In this document: one piece after another, positions 1 through 9,467 of the stretch
Position numbering within the stretch: the stretch's first letter is position 1
How the letters are laid out: each line of letters starts with the position of its first letter
Virus record (IMG/VR): IMGVR_UViG_3300020159_000496
Span: 1 to 57,209 of that record
DNA: 57,209 nt
Direction: 5' to 3' (one strand)
DNA from: a virus
Taxonomy: Duplodnaviria; Caudoviricetes
Program-made: the position numbers and the translations under genes
The notes under the pieces: generated by a model
Seen by the model: the letters and a program-made list of their open reading frames with translations, nothing else
Databases searched by the model: none
What the model was told of the DNA's origin: nothing

Positions 1-1791
1 GTCAGCTGGGTCGTTTAATGGAGCGTCTTTAGCTGCTACATAACCAGTTGCTGTGCCACTTAATGGGATATAATTGCTGATCACAAAATCGTAATCGCTG
101 TCTACGCTTGGTGAAGCGTAGAAATTAGGTGTACCTGTAGCATCGTTGACATTGTATTCAACAAATCCTGCGTCACCAAATAAACCGTTAGTATCGACAA
201 TTCTAAGTTCGCCACCTAGTTTGTGGTTGATGGTAATTTTTCCATCAATTACAGTTGCTTCTACATTAACAAGTCCAGAGTTATTAATAGCTTGGCGTAG
301 TGTATTAGCATCAGCTGCTGTTCCTGCTGATGTAAACGACACTGTTACAGCACTTGATAAAGCAGCACTGTTAATTAAACTTTCTCTTAGGCTAAACGAA
401 TAGCTACCGCTAAATGTTCCAGTACCAATTGTATCTGATGTTACAGATGTTTGACCTTTGGTTCTTCTAGCAAATGTTTTAAAGCTAGCTGTTTGCGGTG
501 TATTGTCGTAACCAGTATCTTCACTATAGTTATATTGAACATATAGTGTATCTTTCTCTATGCTAAGTCCACCAGCTGTTCTGTTAACACCGTAGATTGT
601 TGATTGTGCGTTAGCATACAATGGAGCAGAGACTTCTAACCACGATTTAGCAGCACCGTTCCAACGCTTAACTCTCCAACGAGAACCAAGATTAGGATCA
701 GTACTCTTAACCCAGATAGATCCAGATGGTCTTGGACCAGAAGCTGCTGTTTTCCACTGTGGTACTTGTGTATGAGGAGCAATGTTAAGTTCTGGACCAT
801 AATATGTTCCGGCTGCAATGCCAAACAACACCTGAACAGTTGCTGATCCGTTTTCTAAAACAATAGCATTACTGCCAGATGAATCTCCAACCATATCGTC
901 AGTTGTGTCAGTGATAAACAAATTCACAAATCCGTTTACTGATGCTGCTTTAACACCTTGAATCAACGCATTGTTGATCAATGTAACCATATTAGTTACA
1001 GTTGTGTAAGCAGGTACGTTAATTTGGACACCGTTGATTAAGAATGTTGTTGATGTTGATTGAGATGAGTGTCCGTCATTTTCTGCGGAAAACGCTGGCC
1101 AAAACTTACGCCATTCTTTAGTACCAATTAACCGCCAAGAAATTGGCTCGCCAACTGTTGTATAATCTTTGCCTTTGTAGTACATTCTAATCACATCAGA
1201 AGCAGCAACTACAGCGTAGTCGCCAACACGCCCAACACCACTCGCTGGTGTTGTTCCGTCTAGGCTTTCTGTATCGTCTGCTGTGATAACAACCGGCACT
1301 TTATTTGTAAATTTCTGTCCTGCTAAACTGGCAGGAGCTGAATCCCACTCAAAAATACCCCAGTTTGTACTTTGAGTATCTAACCACCATTGGCCGTCTG
1401 TGGCCTCAGAACCAGGAACTTCTGATCTAGCACTTAGGTCGTCTAGGTTAACACCTGCTCTAACAATGTAAGCACTGTTAGCTGAACCTAAGAAACTATA
1501 TGCGGCTTGTAGGCCGTATTCGTTTTGCTCGTCACCGTGTCTAGGTGCTCCTGAAATTGTTCGCTTAAATGATGGTACACCAAAGAAGTCAATAAGCTCT
1601 CTTTGGCTGGAAACTTTGTAAACTTTGCCTGCGTTGGAAGCTAATGTACCTTGTGCTGTACCTGTTCCACTGGCATTTGATTTGTTTTCTGCTGTAGCAA
1701 TTACGATGAGGGGAGTTGTGCTGCTTTCAGCTGGTGTATAAAAACTCTCGTCAATTACCGTAACTTCTACGCCTGGTGATGTTAGTGCCAT
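1..1791 (-). CDS. Tail sheath protein (T4 gp18-like), 5' part only; runs off the left edge of the window
   Basis: Missing from the ORF track because no stop lies in the window. My translation from ATG 1791 is MALTSPGVEVTVIDESFYTPAESSTTPLIVIATAENKSN...SSQRELIDFFGVP...EQNEYGLQAAYSFLG, and the SPGVxVxxxD start is typical of contractile sheath proteins. An AGGAGA RBS and a TAAATA box lie upstream. Confidence 0.9.
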   Translation of the reverse strand, partial: MALTSPGVEVTVIDESFYTPAESSTTPLIVIATAENKSNASGTGTAQGTLASNAGKVYKVSSQRELIDFFGVPSFKRTISGAPRHGDEQNEYGLQAAYSFLGSANSAYIVRAGVNLDDLSARSEVPGSEATDGQWWLDTQSTNWGIFEWDSAPASLAGQKFTNKVPVVITADDTESLDGTTPASGVGRVGDYAVVAASDVIRMYYKGKDYTTVGEPISWRLIGTKEWRKFWPAFSAENDGHSSQSTSTTFLINGVQINVPAYTTVTNMVTLINNALIQGVKAASVNGFVNLFITDTTDDMVGDSSGSNAIVLENGSATVQVLFGIAAGTYYGPELNIAPHTQVPQWKTAASGPRPSGSIWVKSTDPNLGSRWRVKRWNGAAKSWLEVSAPLYANAQSTIYGVNRTAGGLSIEKDTLYVQYNYSEDTGYDNTPQTASFKTFARRTKGQTSVTSDTIGTGTFSGSYSFSLRESLINSAALSSAVTVSFTSAGTAADANTLRQAINNSGLVNVEATVIDGKITINHKLGGELRIVDTNGLFGDAGFVEYNVNDATGTPNFYASPSVDSDYDFVISNYIPLSGTATGYVAAKDAPLNDPAD

Positions 1792-1825
1792 TCCGTTATC
1801 TCCTGATGGGTTGAACCTTGTATAA

Positions 1826-1831
1826 TATTTA
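1826..1831 (-). promoter_or_regulatory. T4-type late promoter core (TAAATA) upstream of the tail sheath gene
   Basis: TAAATA on the minus strand about 35 nt upstream of the sheath ATG; resembles the T4 late consensus TATAAATA. Confidence 0.6.
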
Positions 1832-1907
1832 TTCGCAGGATCAAAAAACACAGCGTTTAAACCATCAGAAAAGGGATGAAAAAGGTCCAATTCTTTTAAA
1901 TATTAAT

Positions 1908-2243
1908 ATGAGACCACTGTGTAAATGCGGACAAAGACCCCGTGCTGTTAACTATAAAAAGAATGATAGAACATACTATCGCAAACTATGCGAAATATGT
2001 CTTTCCCACGGTTTAGGTCATAGAATACCACGCTGGGTTAGAGCAGGGTATAAAATGAAATTGCAATGTGAAAAATGCGGACACAAAAGCCCGCATCGAG
2101 AAGTGTTTAGAGTGTTTCACACAGACGGCAACTTAGATAATTGCCGACCTGCTAATTTAAAAACTATTTGCTGTAACTGTGCTAATGTGTTGGCCAAGGA
2201 AGGAATTGTCTGGCGGCAGGGCGATCTTATTGCCGACTACTAG
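1908..2243 (+). CDS. Zn-finger / HNH-like protein
   Basis: Several Cys pairs (CKC, CEIC, CEKC, CCNC) and an HNH-like segment FHTDGNLDNCRPANLKTICCNC. Start moved to ATG 1908, 5 nt after TAAATA (1897-1902). Confidence 0.65.
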   Translation: MRPLCKCGQRPRAVNYKKNDRTYYRKLCEICLSHGLGHRIPRWVRAGYKMKLQCEKCGHKSPHREVFRVFHTDGNLDNCRPANLKTICCNCANVLAKEGIVWRQGDLIADY

Positions 2244-2846
2244 TGTTTTGGCATTCTTATATAGGTCATCAATACTACCGTTGTTGTCAAGTATTAGATC
2301 AAAATCAGTACCTACCCAAGCAGTTTCGGAAGCATGAATCTTTAACTTTTTTAGTTCATTGGCTGCTACATTACTGCCGTTGTTGGCATCAATAGCTGTA
2401 TCATACCAGTTAGGAAGATTACCACGCTGTACCCATACAATTTGGCCGCCTGCGTCTTTGATTGATTTAATTTCGTTAGGAAAACGGCAGTCGGAAATTA
2501 CTACATTATCTTTACTATTGCGAAGTTTATTTTCTAAAGAAGCAATCCATATATCGTCATGGAAGCCTTTACGGCATACTTCTGTGCCCCAATACTGTAA
2601 GACCCATCTAGGAGTAAGTGTAGGCATAGCTAGTCGTTCTGCCCACCATGGATCCACTTGTTCACGCCATTCACGGGCTTCTTTTGTTCGCCCTTCTAGC
2701 ATGGTACGATCCCATCCAAATACACTTGCCACAGCATCTTTAAGGGTGCTGGCGAAAGATTCTCTTCTAAATTCGTGAAAGTTAACTAGATAGTCAGCGA
2801 TAGTATCTTTCCCGCTGCCAATAAATCCGCAAATACCTACAATCAT
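2157..2846 (-). CDS. Deoxynucleoside monophosphate kinase (T4 gp1-like)
   Basis: N-terminal P-loop GICGFIGSGKDT, plus PRWVLQYWGTEVCR, ISDCRFPNE and HASE motifs. GGAGG RBS before ATG 2846. Confidence 0.9.
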   Translation of the reverse strand: MIVGICGFIGSGKDTIADYLVNFHEFRRESFASTLKDAVASVFGWDRTMLEGRTKEAREWREQVDPWWAERLAMPTLTPRWVLQYWGTEVCRKGFHDDIWIASLENKLRNSKDNVVISDCRFPNEIKSIKDAGGQIVWVQRGNLPNWYDTAIDANNGSNVAANELKKLKIHASETAWVGTDFDLILDNNGSIDDLYKNAKTLVVGNKIALPPDNSFLGQHISTVTANSF

Positions 2847-2866
2847 AATATCCTCCAATTAAGAAT

Positions 2867-2895
2867 ATTATACATGAGTTGTAGTTTTAAATCAA
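2867..2895 (-). promoter_or_regulatory. sigma70-type promoter for the dNMP kinase gene
   Basis: TTGATT (2895-2890), 17-nt spacer, TATAAT (2872-2867) on the minus strand. Confidence 0.65.
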
Positions 2896-2902
2896 TATAT
2901 TT

Positions 2903-3667
2903 TTAACCAATTACAAAAGTATAACCTGCGTTAGCATGGCCAGGTACGTAATTAACTAATTCAGCTGTTAAGCGATCAATATCTGCTTGGGCTTCTTGTT
3001 TGAGTGTGGCACCGTTCAACTGTGTGCCGCCCTGTGGGCCTGCTATTTGACCAAACTTTTCACGGGCCTGTCCTAGCATCATCTTACAGTTAGCCAAGGT
3101 GTAGTCTTTGATCCAAATGCCTGCGTAAGTGTCCACAAGCATAGCAACGTCTGGTCTAGTGTTGTAACACCATAACATAACTTCTTCGTCTGTTCTAGGT
3201 CTTTGGTGTATTGTAAGTTTATGACTCTGAGCATGCCAAGTAAATTGAATAAAACTACCAAACATTTTGCCTACCCGTTCTTGATAACCAGAAAATAATT
3301 CATAGGTTAACAATCCACCCATGTTAGTTGATGATAACAAATAGGTATTTGTATAGGCTAAATTAAACGGTTCAAAAACAGTACCGCCGTTTCCTCCACC
3401 GCTGCGTGAACCTATAGATCTTCTATAAATTTCACGTACTACTTGTATGTTGTCCGGTAAAATATATTCGTTTTGATCTTCTGACAATGTCAAAAAAGCA
3501 AACGACTCTTCTACTGAATTATCAGCACGTTGACGAAACACTGCTAAACTACGCTGTAACGCAGTTTCATAGTGTTGCGGGTCTAATTCAACATCAATCA
3601 TGCCATCGCCCAGCATTAGACGGCAGTAATCAAAGACTTTTTGTTTTTCTTGGTCAAGTTGGCTCAT
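2903..3667 (-). CDS. Neck protein (T4 gp13-like head-tail adaptor)
   Basis: LGDGMIDVELD N-terminus and WIKDYTLANCKMMLGQAREKF...PQGGTQLNG C-terminus resemble gp13-family proteins; adjacent to gp14- and gp15-like genes. Confidence 0.8.
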   Translation of the reverse strand: MSQLDQEKQKVFDYCRLMLGDGMIDVELDPQHYETALQRSLAVFRQRADNSVEESFAFLTLSEDQNEYILPDNIQVVREIYRRSIGSRSGGGNGGTVFEPFNLAYTNTYLLSSTNMGGLLTYELFSGYQERVGKMFGSFIQFTWHAQSHKLTIHQRPRTDEEVMLWCYNTRPDVAMLVDTYAGIWIKDYTLANCKMMLGQAREKFGQIAGPQGGTQLNGATLKQEAQADIDRLTAELVNYVPGHANAGYTFVIG

Positions 3668-3672
3668 GCTAG

Positions 3673-3693
3673 TATTTATCGTAGCGGTAAATA
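3673..3693. promoter_or_regulatory. Back-to-back divergent late promoters
   Basis: TAAATA on the minus strand (3678-3673), 5 nt before the gp13-like ATG, and TAAATA on the plus strand (3688-3693), 7 nt before ATG 3701. Confidence 0.65.
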
Positions 3694-3700
3694 TATGACT

Positions 3701-4915
3701 ATGCCAAGATTAAGCCTTTATAAACCAGAACGCGGCAATGACTTTAAATTCATTGATAAAAACATCTGGGAAATGTTCCAAGTGGGCGGGACTGACGTCC
3801 TAGTCCACAAATACGTTGGACCCGGTGATTCTTCACCCGGAACAAGCACACCCACAACCCCTGTTTATACAGGCGGAATTCCAGAATTACACATTCAGGA
3901 TCTGCTATTTTTAGAAAATAGAGATAGAAAATATGATCCGGATGTGTTCATTCTTAGAGGCGTATACAACATACAAGATTTAGATTTTAATCTATCGCAA
4001 TTTGGATTATTTTTACAAAACGATACAATTTTTATCACATTCCACATTAACGATACTGTGGAAAAAATAGGAAGAAAACTAATTAGTGGCGATGTTATTG
4101 AACTGCCGCATCTTAAAGACTATCATGCTCTTAATGATCTTAAATTTGCTCTACGTAGATTTTATGTAATTGAAGAAGTGACTCGTGCTGCCGAAGGATT
4201 TTCGTCAACATGGTATCCGCATCTATACAGAGCTAAATGTACACCGCTAGTTGATAGTCAAGAATTTAAACAAATATTAGATGGCCTAGCAGATGACACT
4301 GGAGAAGATTCTAATACCACACTCCGAGATCTCATGAGTACTTACAATACTGAAATGAGAATTACCGAAGCAGTATTGGATCAAGCAGAAGTAGATGCTC
4401 CCAGAAGTGGATACGACACTTCGATGTATTATACAGTGCCAGTTGACGAAAACGGCAATGTAAAATTAGTTACTACTGACCTTGACAGTATTGAAGCTAG
4501 CAATGACGGTTCCGGTGTTGATGCCAGTGTTATTATTGCTACTCCGGTTAAAGATGGGTATCAAAGTTATCACGAAGATGCTGTTACGCCAAACGGTGCT
4601 CCGTTTACTAGTGGTATTAATTTTCCTACAAATCCAACAGAAGGTCAATTTTGCCTACGTACAGATTATTTTCCAAAGAGACTGTTTAGATTCAACGGCA
4701 ATAGGTGGATCAAGTATGAAGATAATGTACGCATGACGATGAGCAATCTAGGAACTTCCGATACTGATTCAGGTGAAAGATTTGAAGGTAGAGATATCAA
4801 ACAGAATCAGAAAGGAACATTTATTAACAACACCAACGAACGAATGATCGACGGTAAACTAGTTAAAGAAAAACAGAGCTTGAGCAAAGCACTAAAACCA
4901 AAGGCAGATGAATAA
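3701..4915 (+). CDS. Neck / head-closure protein (T4 gp14-like) with C-terminal extension
   Basis: MPRLSLYKPERGNDFKF start, LSQFGLFLQNDTIFITFH and GDVIELPH motifs; lies between gp13-like and gp15-like genes. Confidence 0.65.
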   Translation: MPRLSLYKPERGNDFKFIDKNIWEMFQVGGTDVLVHKYVGPGDSSPGTSTPTTPVYTGGIPELHIQDLLFLENRDRKYDPDVFILRGVYNIQDLDFNLSQFGLFLQNDTIFITFHINDTVEKIGRKLISGDVIELPHLKDYHALNDLKFALRRFYVIEEVTRAAEGFSSTWYPHLYRAKCTPLVDSQEFKQILDGLADDTGEDSNTTLRDLMSTYNTEMRITEAVLDQAEVDAPRSGYDTSMYYTVPVDENGNVKLVTTDLDSIEASNDGSGVDASVIIATPVKDGYQSYHEDAVTPNGAPFTSGINFPTNPTEGQFCLRTDYFPKRLFRFNGNRWIKYEDNVRMTMSNLGTSDTDSGERFEGRDIKQNQKGTFINNTNERMIDGKLVKEKQSLSKALKPKADE

Positions 4916-6345
4916 TGGATTTTTTCTATGATGGTCAAATAAGACGATACGTTACACAGTTCATGAGAATCTTTATTGGTTTTAAGTTTCAATCCAATGA
5001 CGGTTCTTTGAAACAAGTACCAGTAATGTACGGCGACCTAACCAAACAAGTTGCTCAAATTATCAAGGAAAACTCTGAGAATAAAATGGCCAGTGTGCCT
5101 AAAATTTCTTGCTATATTACAGGCCTAGAGCTTGATCGAACTCGATTGGCTGATGCTAGTTTTGTCAGCAAAATCAGTGTACGTGGCAGATCATACGAAT
5201 CGTTTGACGATGTAACTGGTGAGCCAATCTATGATAATACTCAAGGTGGCGGGTATACTGTTGAAAGATTAATGCCGACACCGTTTAAATTAAGTATGCG
5301 AGCAGATGTTTGGACATCTAATACTGATCAAAAATTACAGTTACTCGAACAAATTTTAGTTTTATTCAACCCAAGTTTAGAAGTACAGACCACAGACAAC
5401 TACATTGACTGGACTAGTTTAAGTGTTGTTGAACTAACAGCATCTAACTTTAGTTCTAGATCAATTCCTCAAGGCACCGAAACAGACATTGACATCTGTA
5501 CATTAGATTTTGAATTGCCAATATATATTAGCCCGCCGGTAAAAGTTAAGAAACTTGGTGTGGTACAAAAAATTATTATGAATATGTTTGACGATGACGG
5601 TCAAATAAAACCGTTGTCTGAATTAGCATTTAACAGTCCTATTGATAATACAGATATTAAAACAACCTCAGTTGTAACAACTCCTGGAAACTTCGGAGTT
5701 TTAATGCTGTCATCTAAGACAGTTACTGGTGTAGAAACTGGATCGTATTATGTTAGTGCGTTAGATCCTAACGAAGCTATTGTAGAAAGTGGGTTAGATA
5801 TTCCTAAGAAAACCGGTGCTGTGATCGATTGGAATAAAATAATTCCGCAGTACGGCAAGTATCGTCCGGGCATTAGTCGTATTAGATTCTTACAACCAAG
5901 CGGTTATGAATTAATAGGAACTTTTTCAGTTAACGAGGTCGATTCACAATTTCTTGTAGTAGATTTTGATACTGATTCTGAACCACAAACCGATTTAATT
6001 ATTAATGCTATCATCAATCCACAGACATTTAATCCTCTAGCTACACGAGTAGCTGGTATAAAATATCTAATTTTAGAAGATATTGGTTCAACAAACAACA
6101 CCGACGGTGCGGATGCTTGGAAGAATTCCAACTTATCAGACTTTGTTGCCGCAGCTAATTCTATTATTGAATGGAGCGGAACACAGTGGACAGTGATCTT
6201 TAATCCAGCAACCCAAACTGTAAGTCCGTATTATATTAAAAATCTTAAAACAGGTGTTCAATATAAGTGGGAAAACGATCAATGGCTCAAATCTTTTGAA
6301 GGCGAATACACTGCCGGATATTGGAGTTTTGATCTCGAAGGATGA
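4915..6345 (+). CDS. Tail completion / sheath stabiliser (T4 gp15-like)
   Basis: FFYDGQIRRYVTQFMRIF...VPVMYGD and PTPFKL...QLLEQILVLFNPS motifs of the gp15 family; coupled to the upstream stop (TAATG). Confidence 0.8.
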   Translation: MDFFYDGQIRRYVTQFMRIFIGFKFQSNDGSLKQVPVMYGDLTKQVAQIIKENSENKMASVPKISCYITGLELDRTRLADASFVSKISVRGRSYESFDDVTGEPIYDNTQGGGYTVERLMPTPFKLSMRADVWTSNTDQKLQLLEQILVLFNPSLEVQTTDNYIDWTSLSVVELTASNFSSRSIPQGTETDIDICTLDFELPIYISPPVKVKKLGVVQKIIMNMFDDDGQIKPLSELAFNSPIDNTDIKTTSVVTTPGNFGVLMLSSKTVTGVETGSYYVSALDPNEAIVESGLDIPKKTGAVIDWNKIIPQYGKYRPGISRIRFLQPSGYELIGTFSVNEVDSQFLVVDFDTDSEPQTDLIINAIINPQTFNPLATRVAGIKYLILEDIGSTNNTDGADAWKNSNLSDFVAAANSIIEWSGTQWTVIFNPATQTVSPYYIKNLKTGVQYKWENDQWLKSFEGEYTAGYWSFDLEG

Positions 6346-6356
6346 TACATACTAGC

Positions 6357-6743
6357 ATGCAGAAACATGCCGGTATTCTTTTTATTTCCAAAAAATCTTC
6401 TAGGGTCTTATTGATCTTAGAAGACCTCAAATGGACTGTTCCCAGCTTTGCTAGAGAACATTCTGTGGTTAAGGATGCCCAGGCTATAATTCACGAATAT
6501 TATGGTAAGGATGCTAGACTAGTTCCGGTTGAACTATACGTTAGTCAAGACAGCGGGTTTGAATTTTCAACTTATATATGTTTAGTAGACTCAGAATTTG
6601 TGCCATCTAATGATCAAACATTTTGTTGGACCACACTTAATACCCTGCCCAAAGGTATTCATACTGGATTAAAAACTACATTAACAAATAAAATTATTAA
6701 AACTAAAATAGATACAATTTTATTAATGGAGAATTCACAATGA
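6357..6743 (+). CDS. Degenerate Nudix-fold-like protein
   Basis: AGILFISKKSSRVLLI...WTVP and FEFSTYICLV...FCW resemble Nudix strands, but there is no GX5EX7REUXEE box. Start ATG 6357 follows TACATA-N5. Confidence 0.4.
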   Translation: MQKHAGILFISKKSSRVLLILEDLKWTVPSFAREHSVVKDAQAIIHEYYGKDARLVPVELYVSQDSGFEFSTYICLVDSEFVPSNDQTFCWTTLNTLPKGIHTGLKTTLTNKIIKTKIDTILLMENSQ

Positions 6744-7000
6744 AACTATCTATTACCAAGAGTAAAAATTTTATCAACGATTGCCGTAGATACGAAGAAA
6801 TAATAAAACAGACAAAAAGTACTGAGATAGAAAATTTGTATAAACAATTTCTTTCTCAGGCAAATATGTTGGATTCTAGTGTTGAGTTTATTTCTTCTAA
6901 TTTTTCTACACAGATTGAAGTAAGAAATAGATTAAAATCTCTAAGAGTTTCTTTAGAAAAAAAGATTATTGATCTAAAAGAAAAGACTCAACAGTCTTAA
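6740..7000 (+). CDS. Small helical hypothetical protein
   Basis: 86-aa ORF with ATGA overlap and an upstream GGAG RBS; coiled-coil-like composition. Confidence 0.6.
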   Translation: MKLSITKSKNFINDCRRYEEIIKQTKSTEIENLYKQFLSQANMLDSSVEFISSNFSTQIEVRNRLKSLRVSLEKKIIDLKEKTQQS

Positions 7001-7856
7001 ATTTATAATCCCCAATTAGTGTTAACAGTTTATCTATATTAGCACAAGTATATTTTTGATATTGTGTTAACAGATTTTGTGGAAAATCAATTTCTACAAT
7101 TTGACTAGAATATTTTTTTGCTACAGCTTCTGCTATAGACAAAAATGATCTAGCAGTACCTGTGCCTAAATTAAAGATTCCATTAACCTTTTTATTCGAA
7201 GCTGATAATTTTATGTTTACTATATCGTCAACACAGATAAAGTCTCTTTGAAAATTTTCACTGTTTTTAAAAATTTGTATCTTTCCAGTGTTTAAAGCCT
7301 GTTGACTAAATTTAGTAATAGGGCTTGCTTGATCTTTCTTGTGAATTTCATTTTTTCCATAGACATTAAAATATCTCCAACCTTGAATGTTAGCATTGGG
7401 ATAATCTAATAATGTAGAATACACATATTGATCAACTAACATCTTACTGGTAGCATACAATGACCCAGGGTTAAGAGGCTGTGATTCTACAAATGTGTTG
7501 CTGTCACCGTAGACTGATGCCGAACTAGCGTATGATAAAACAAAATTATTTCTCACAGCTTGGTCAACAAGCCAATAACTAGGCTGTAGATTGTATTGAT
7601 CAATTTTATCTTGATCTCGTTCAGTGGTTGAAGATATCGCACCTTCGTGAAATACCACATCAACTTTTAACCAATGATTCCAAATGCCATAAAAATTCTG
7701 CGGAGATATAATTTCTGAAAATTTTAAATCCCTAAGATTGTTTTCTTTGTCTTTGTTTATGTCATCAACAATTAAAATATCACTAATAGACTGATCATTT
7801 AGACCTTTAACTATATTAGAACCTATTAATCCGGCACCGCCTGTGACTATAATCAT
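6966..7856 (-). CDS. hldD: ADP-L-glycero-D-manno-heptose 6-epimerase-like (extended SDR)
   Basis: MIIVTGGAGLIGSNIVKGLN, FHEGAISSTTE, YASSASVYG, YxxSK, RYFNVYG and RDFICVDD all match HldD/RfaD. Start ATG 7856 overlaps the upstream stop. Confidence 0.88.
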   Translation of the reverse strand: MIIVTGGAGLIGSNIVKGLNDQSISDILIVDDINKDKENNLRDLKFSEIISPQNFYGIWNHWLKVDVVFHEGAISSTTERDQDKIDQYNLQPSYWLVDQAVRNNFVLSYASSASVYGDSNTFVESQPLNPGSLYATSKMLVDQYVYSTLLDYPNANIQGWRYFNVYGKNEIHKKDQASPITKFSQQALNTGKIQIFKNSENFQRDFICVDDIVNIKLSASNKKVNGIFNLGTGTARSFLSIAEAVAKKYSSQIVEIDFPQNLLTQYQKYTCANIDKLLTLIGDYKFKTVESFLLDQ

Positions 7857-8341
7857 ACTAATGTAGTCTCCAACCATTGCTTACATTCCGACCAACTACG
7901 ATATATGTGTGACTTTCCGCCAGCACGATTCCAATCTTCACAGTTGGATGTGCGATCATCTATAAGGATATCACCCGGCGAACATCGTACCCATTTATCA
8001 TAACTATACGGTCCTAGAAATACAGGGATGTCTGGAAAATATTCGTGTGCCCAAAATACTTTATCTTGTGGTGCCCACGGCATGTCGTTGCCTTTAGGAA
8101 TAGCACTTAAGAAAAATAATCCTGCGTTGTTGTTATCTCTATAATTTCTACACCACTCGACTAACTCGTATGCTCCTTCTTTCACTGGCAATTTACTATA
8201 CATACGTTGATCATTTTTTAATTTTTGCCAAGTTGTATCTGGTAGCATATCGCCGTCTTTGAATAACGGTTCATTGAGGTATTCTCTAGCGTAGCCAAAC
8301 CAATCTGCTACTACATCGTCCATGTCTAGATAGATATTCAT
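7853..8341 (-). CDS. HAD-family phosphatase, 5'(3')-deoxyribonucleotidase (NT5C)-like
   Basis: IYLDMDDVVADW motif I, FLSA motif II, K and LIDDR motif IV. Confidence 0.8.
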   Translation of the reverse strand: MNIYLDMDDVVADWFGYAREYLNEPLFKDGDMLPDTTWQKLKNDQRMYSKLPVKEGAYELVEWCRNYRDNNNAGLFFLSAIPKGNDMPWAPQDKVFWAHEYFPDIPVFLGPYSYDKWVRCSPGDILIDDRTSNCEDWNRAGGKSHIYRSWSECKQWLETTLV

Positions 8342-8718
8342 TACTCTGCTTTCTTTTGACTATCGCCGGGAGCAAGTCTGTAATTGTCTTCTACAGAGTC
8401 TGCGGTACTTACCTCAAATATCATAGCACCGTCCGTCATCGCTTCTAACTGGTGCGGCTGTAGCGGAGGATTGTGCCATGTATCACCTTCGTTTAATTCT
8501 TGTTCATAAATTTTAGAATCTCTAGTATCAATCCAACGTAACTTAAATTTTCCAGAATTTACAAACCATGTTTCATCTTTTTTATTATGAAAGTGCATAG
8601 AAAATTTATTTCCAGCCTTTTCAAAAACTAAGATTTTTCCGCAATACTGATCGGTAGTAGCCCAAATAATTTCGTAACCCCAGCCCTTATCAACTTTACC
8701 TGTTAGTCTTTGTGTCAT
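8341..8718 (-). CDS. Cupin-domain protein (sugar-phosphate isomerase-like)
   Basis: KGWGYE...SMHFHxxKDETW...PHQL...FEVST...DNYR pattern of small mannose-6-phosphate-isomerase-type cupins. Confidence 0.8.
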   Translation of the reverse strand: MTQRLTGKVDKGWGYEIIWATTDQYCGKILVFEKAGNKFSMHFHNKKDETWFVNSGKFKLRWIDTRDSKIYEQELNEGDTWHNPPLQPHQLEAMTDGAMIFEVSTADSVEDNYRLAPGDSQKKAE

Positions 8719-9467
8719 TTTATTTCCTCTAATCTTGGAGCATACACGCCCACGTGTTGTACTGTAATGCCGCTGGCTTTAATAGCAAACTTGATTGCGG
8801 CTTGTACGTATTCTTGTATTAAAAACTCATAGGCAAATGCCGCAAGGAATGTATCTCCAGCGCCAGTGACATCTGTAACATCGCCCACTATCTCTGCTGG
8901 AAAAACCCAGCCGTTCCATATTGCGCCCTGATCACCATGTGTAACAATTAGCCATTTATCTTCGGGTAGACTAGTCGCACGTTTATGCTCTAGTTTGTTA
9001 ATCTTTACATAACATCCGTTGAATCTAGCTAGGTCTGTTTTCTTTGTGTCGATAAAGATTGGACCTTTAAATCTACTACGCAAGTCCTCAACTAGTTCAT
9101 AAGTGACTGCGCCTTTGTTATAGTCACTGATCACAATAGCATCATATGGCGGCAGTTCACTATCAATTGTAATAGGATCGCTAGCTGTATCGTTGTCTAT
9201 GCGAAGTAATTGTTGTTTACTACGTTGATCAATTATACGCTTCTTCTTGCTAGTAGTGCCGTGTAAGAATTGTACATCACATCCTAGTGCTTCTAAATTC
9301 TTACGCACATTGCCTGCCATGCCGTCTTTGACTATTTGATACTTAGGTTCAAATACAGGCACAGGCGCTTCTGGACTGATGCGATCAACGGTTCCGTAGA
9401 CATAGGTGTCTACACAATCATCACCGATTAGTAATATCTTGAATAATTTTTGTTGTTGAATAGTCAT
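8715..9467 (-). CDS. PfkB-family kinase, HldE N-terminal domain-like (heptose-7-phosphate kinase, HldA type)
   Basis: IGDDCVDTYVYGTVDRISPEAPVPV, ISDYNKG and DVTGAGDTF are hallmark RfaE domain I motifs. Confidence 0.88.
   Translation of the reverse strand: MTIQQQKLFKILLIGDDCVDTYVYGTVDRISPEAPVPVFEPKYQIVKDGMAGNVRKNLEALGCDVQFLHGTTSKKKRIIDQRSKQQLLRIDNDTASDPITIDSELPPYDAIVISDYNKGAVTYELVEDLRSRFKGPIFIDTKKTDLARFNGCYVKINKLEHKRATSLPEDKWLIVTHGDQGAIWNGWVFPAEIVGDVTDVTGAGDTFLAAFAYEFLIQEYVQAAIKFAIKASGITVQHVGVYAPRLEEIK

Noticed and set aside
146-824. ORFs 146..403 and 636..824
   Set aside because: Both fall inside the tail sheath reading frame that runs off the window edge.
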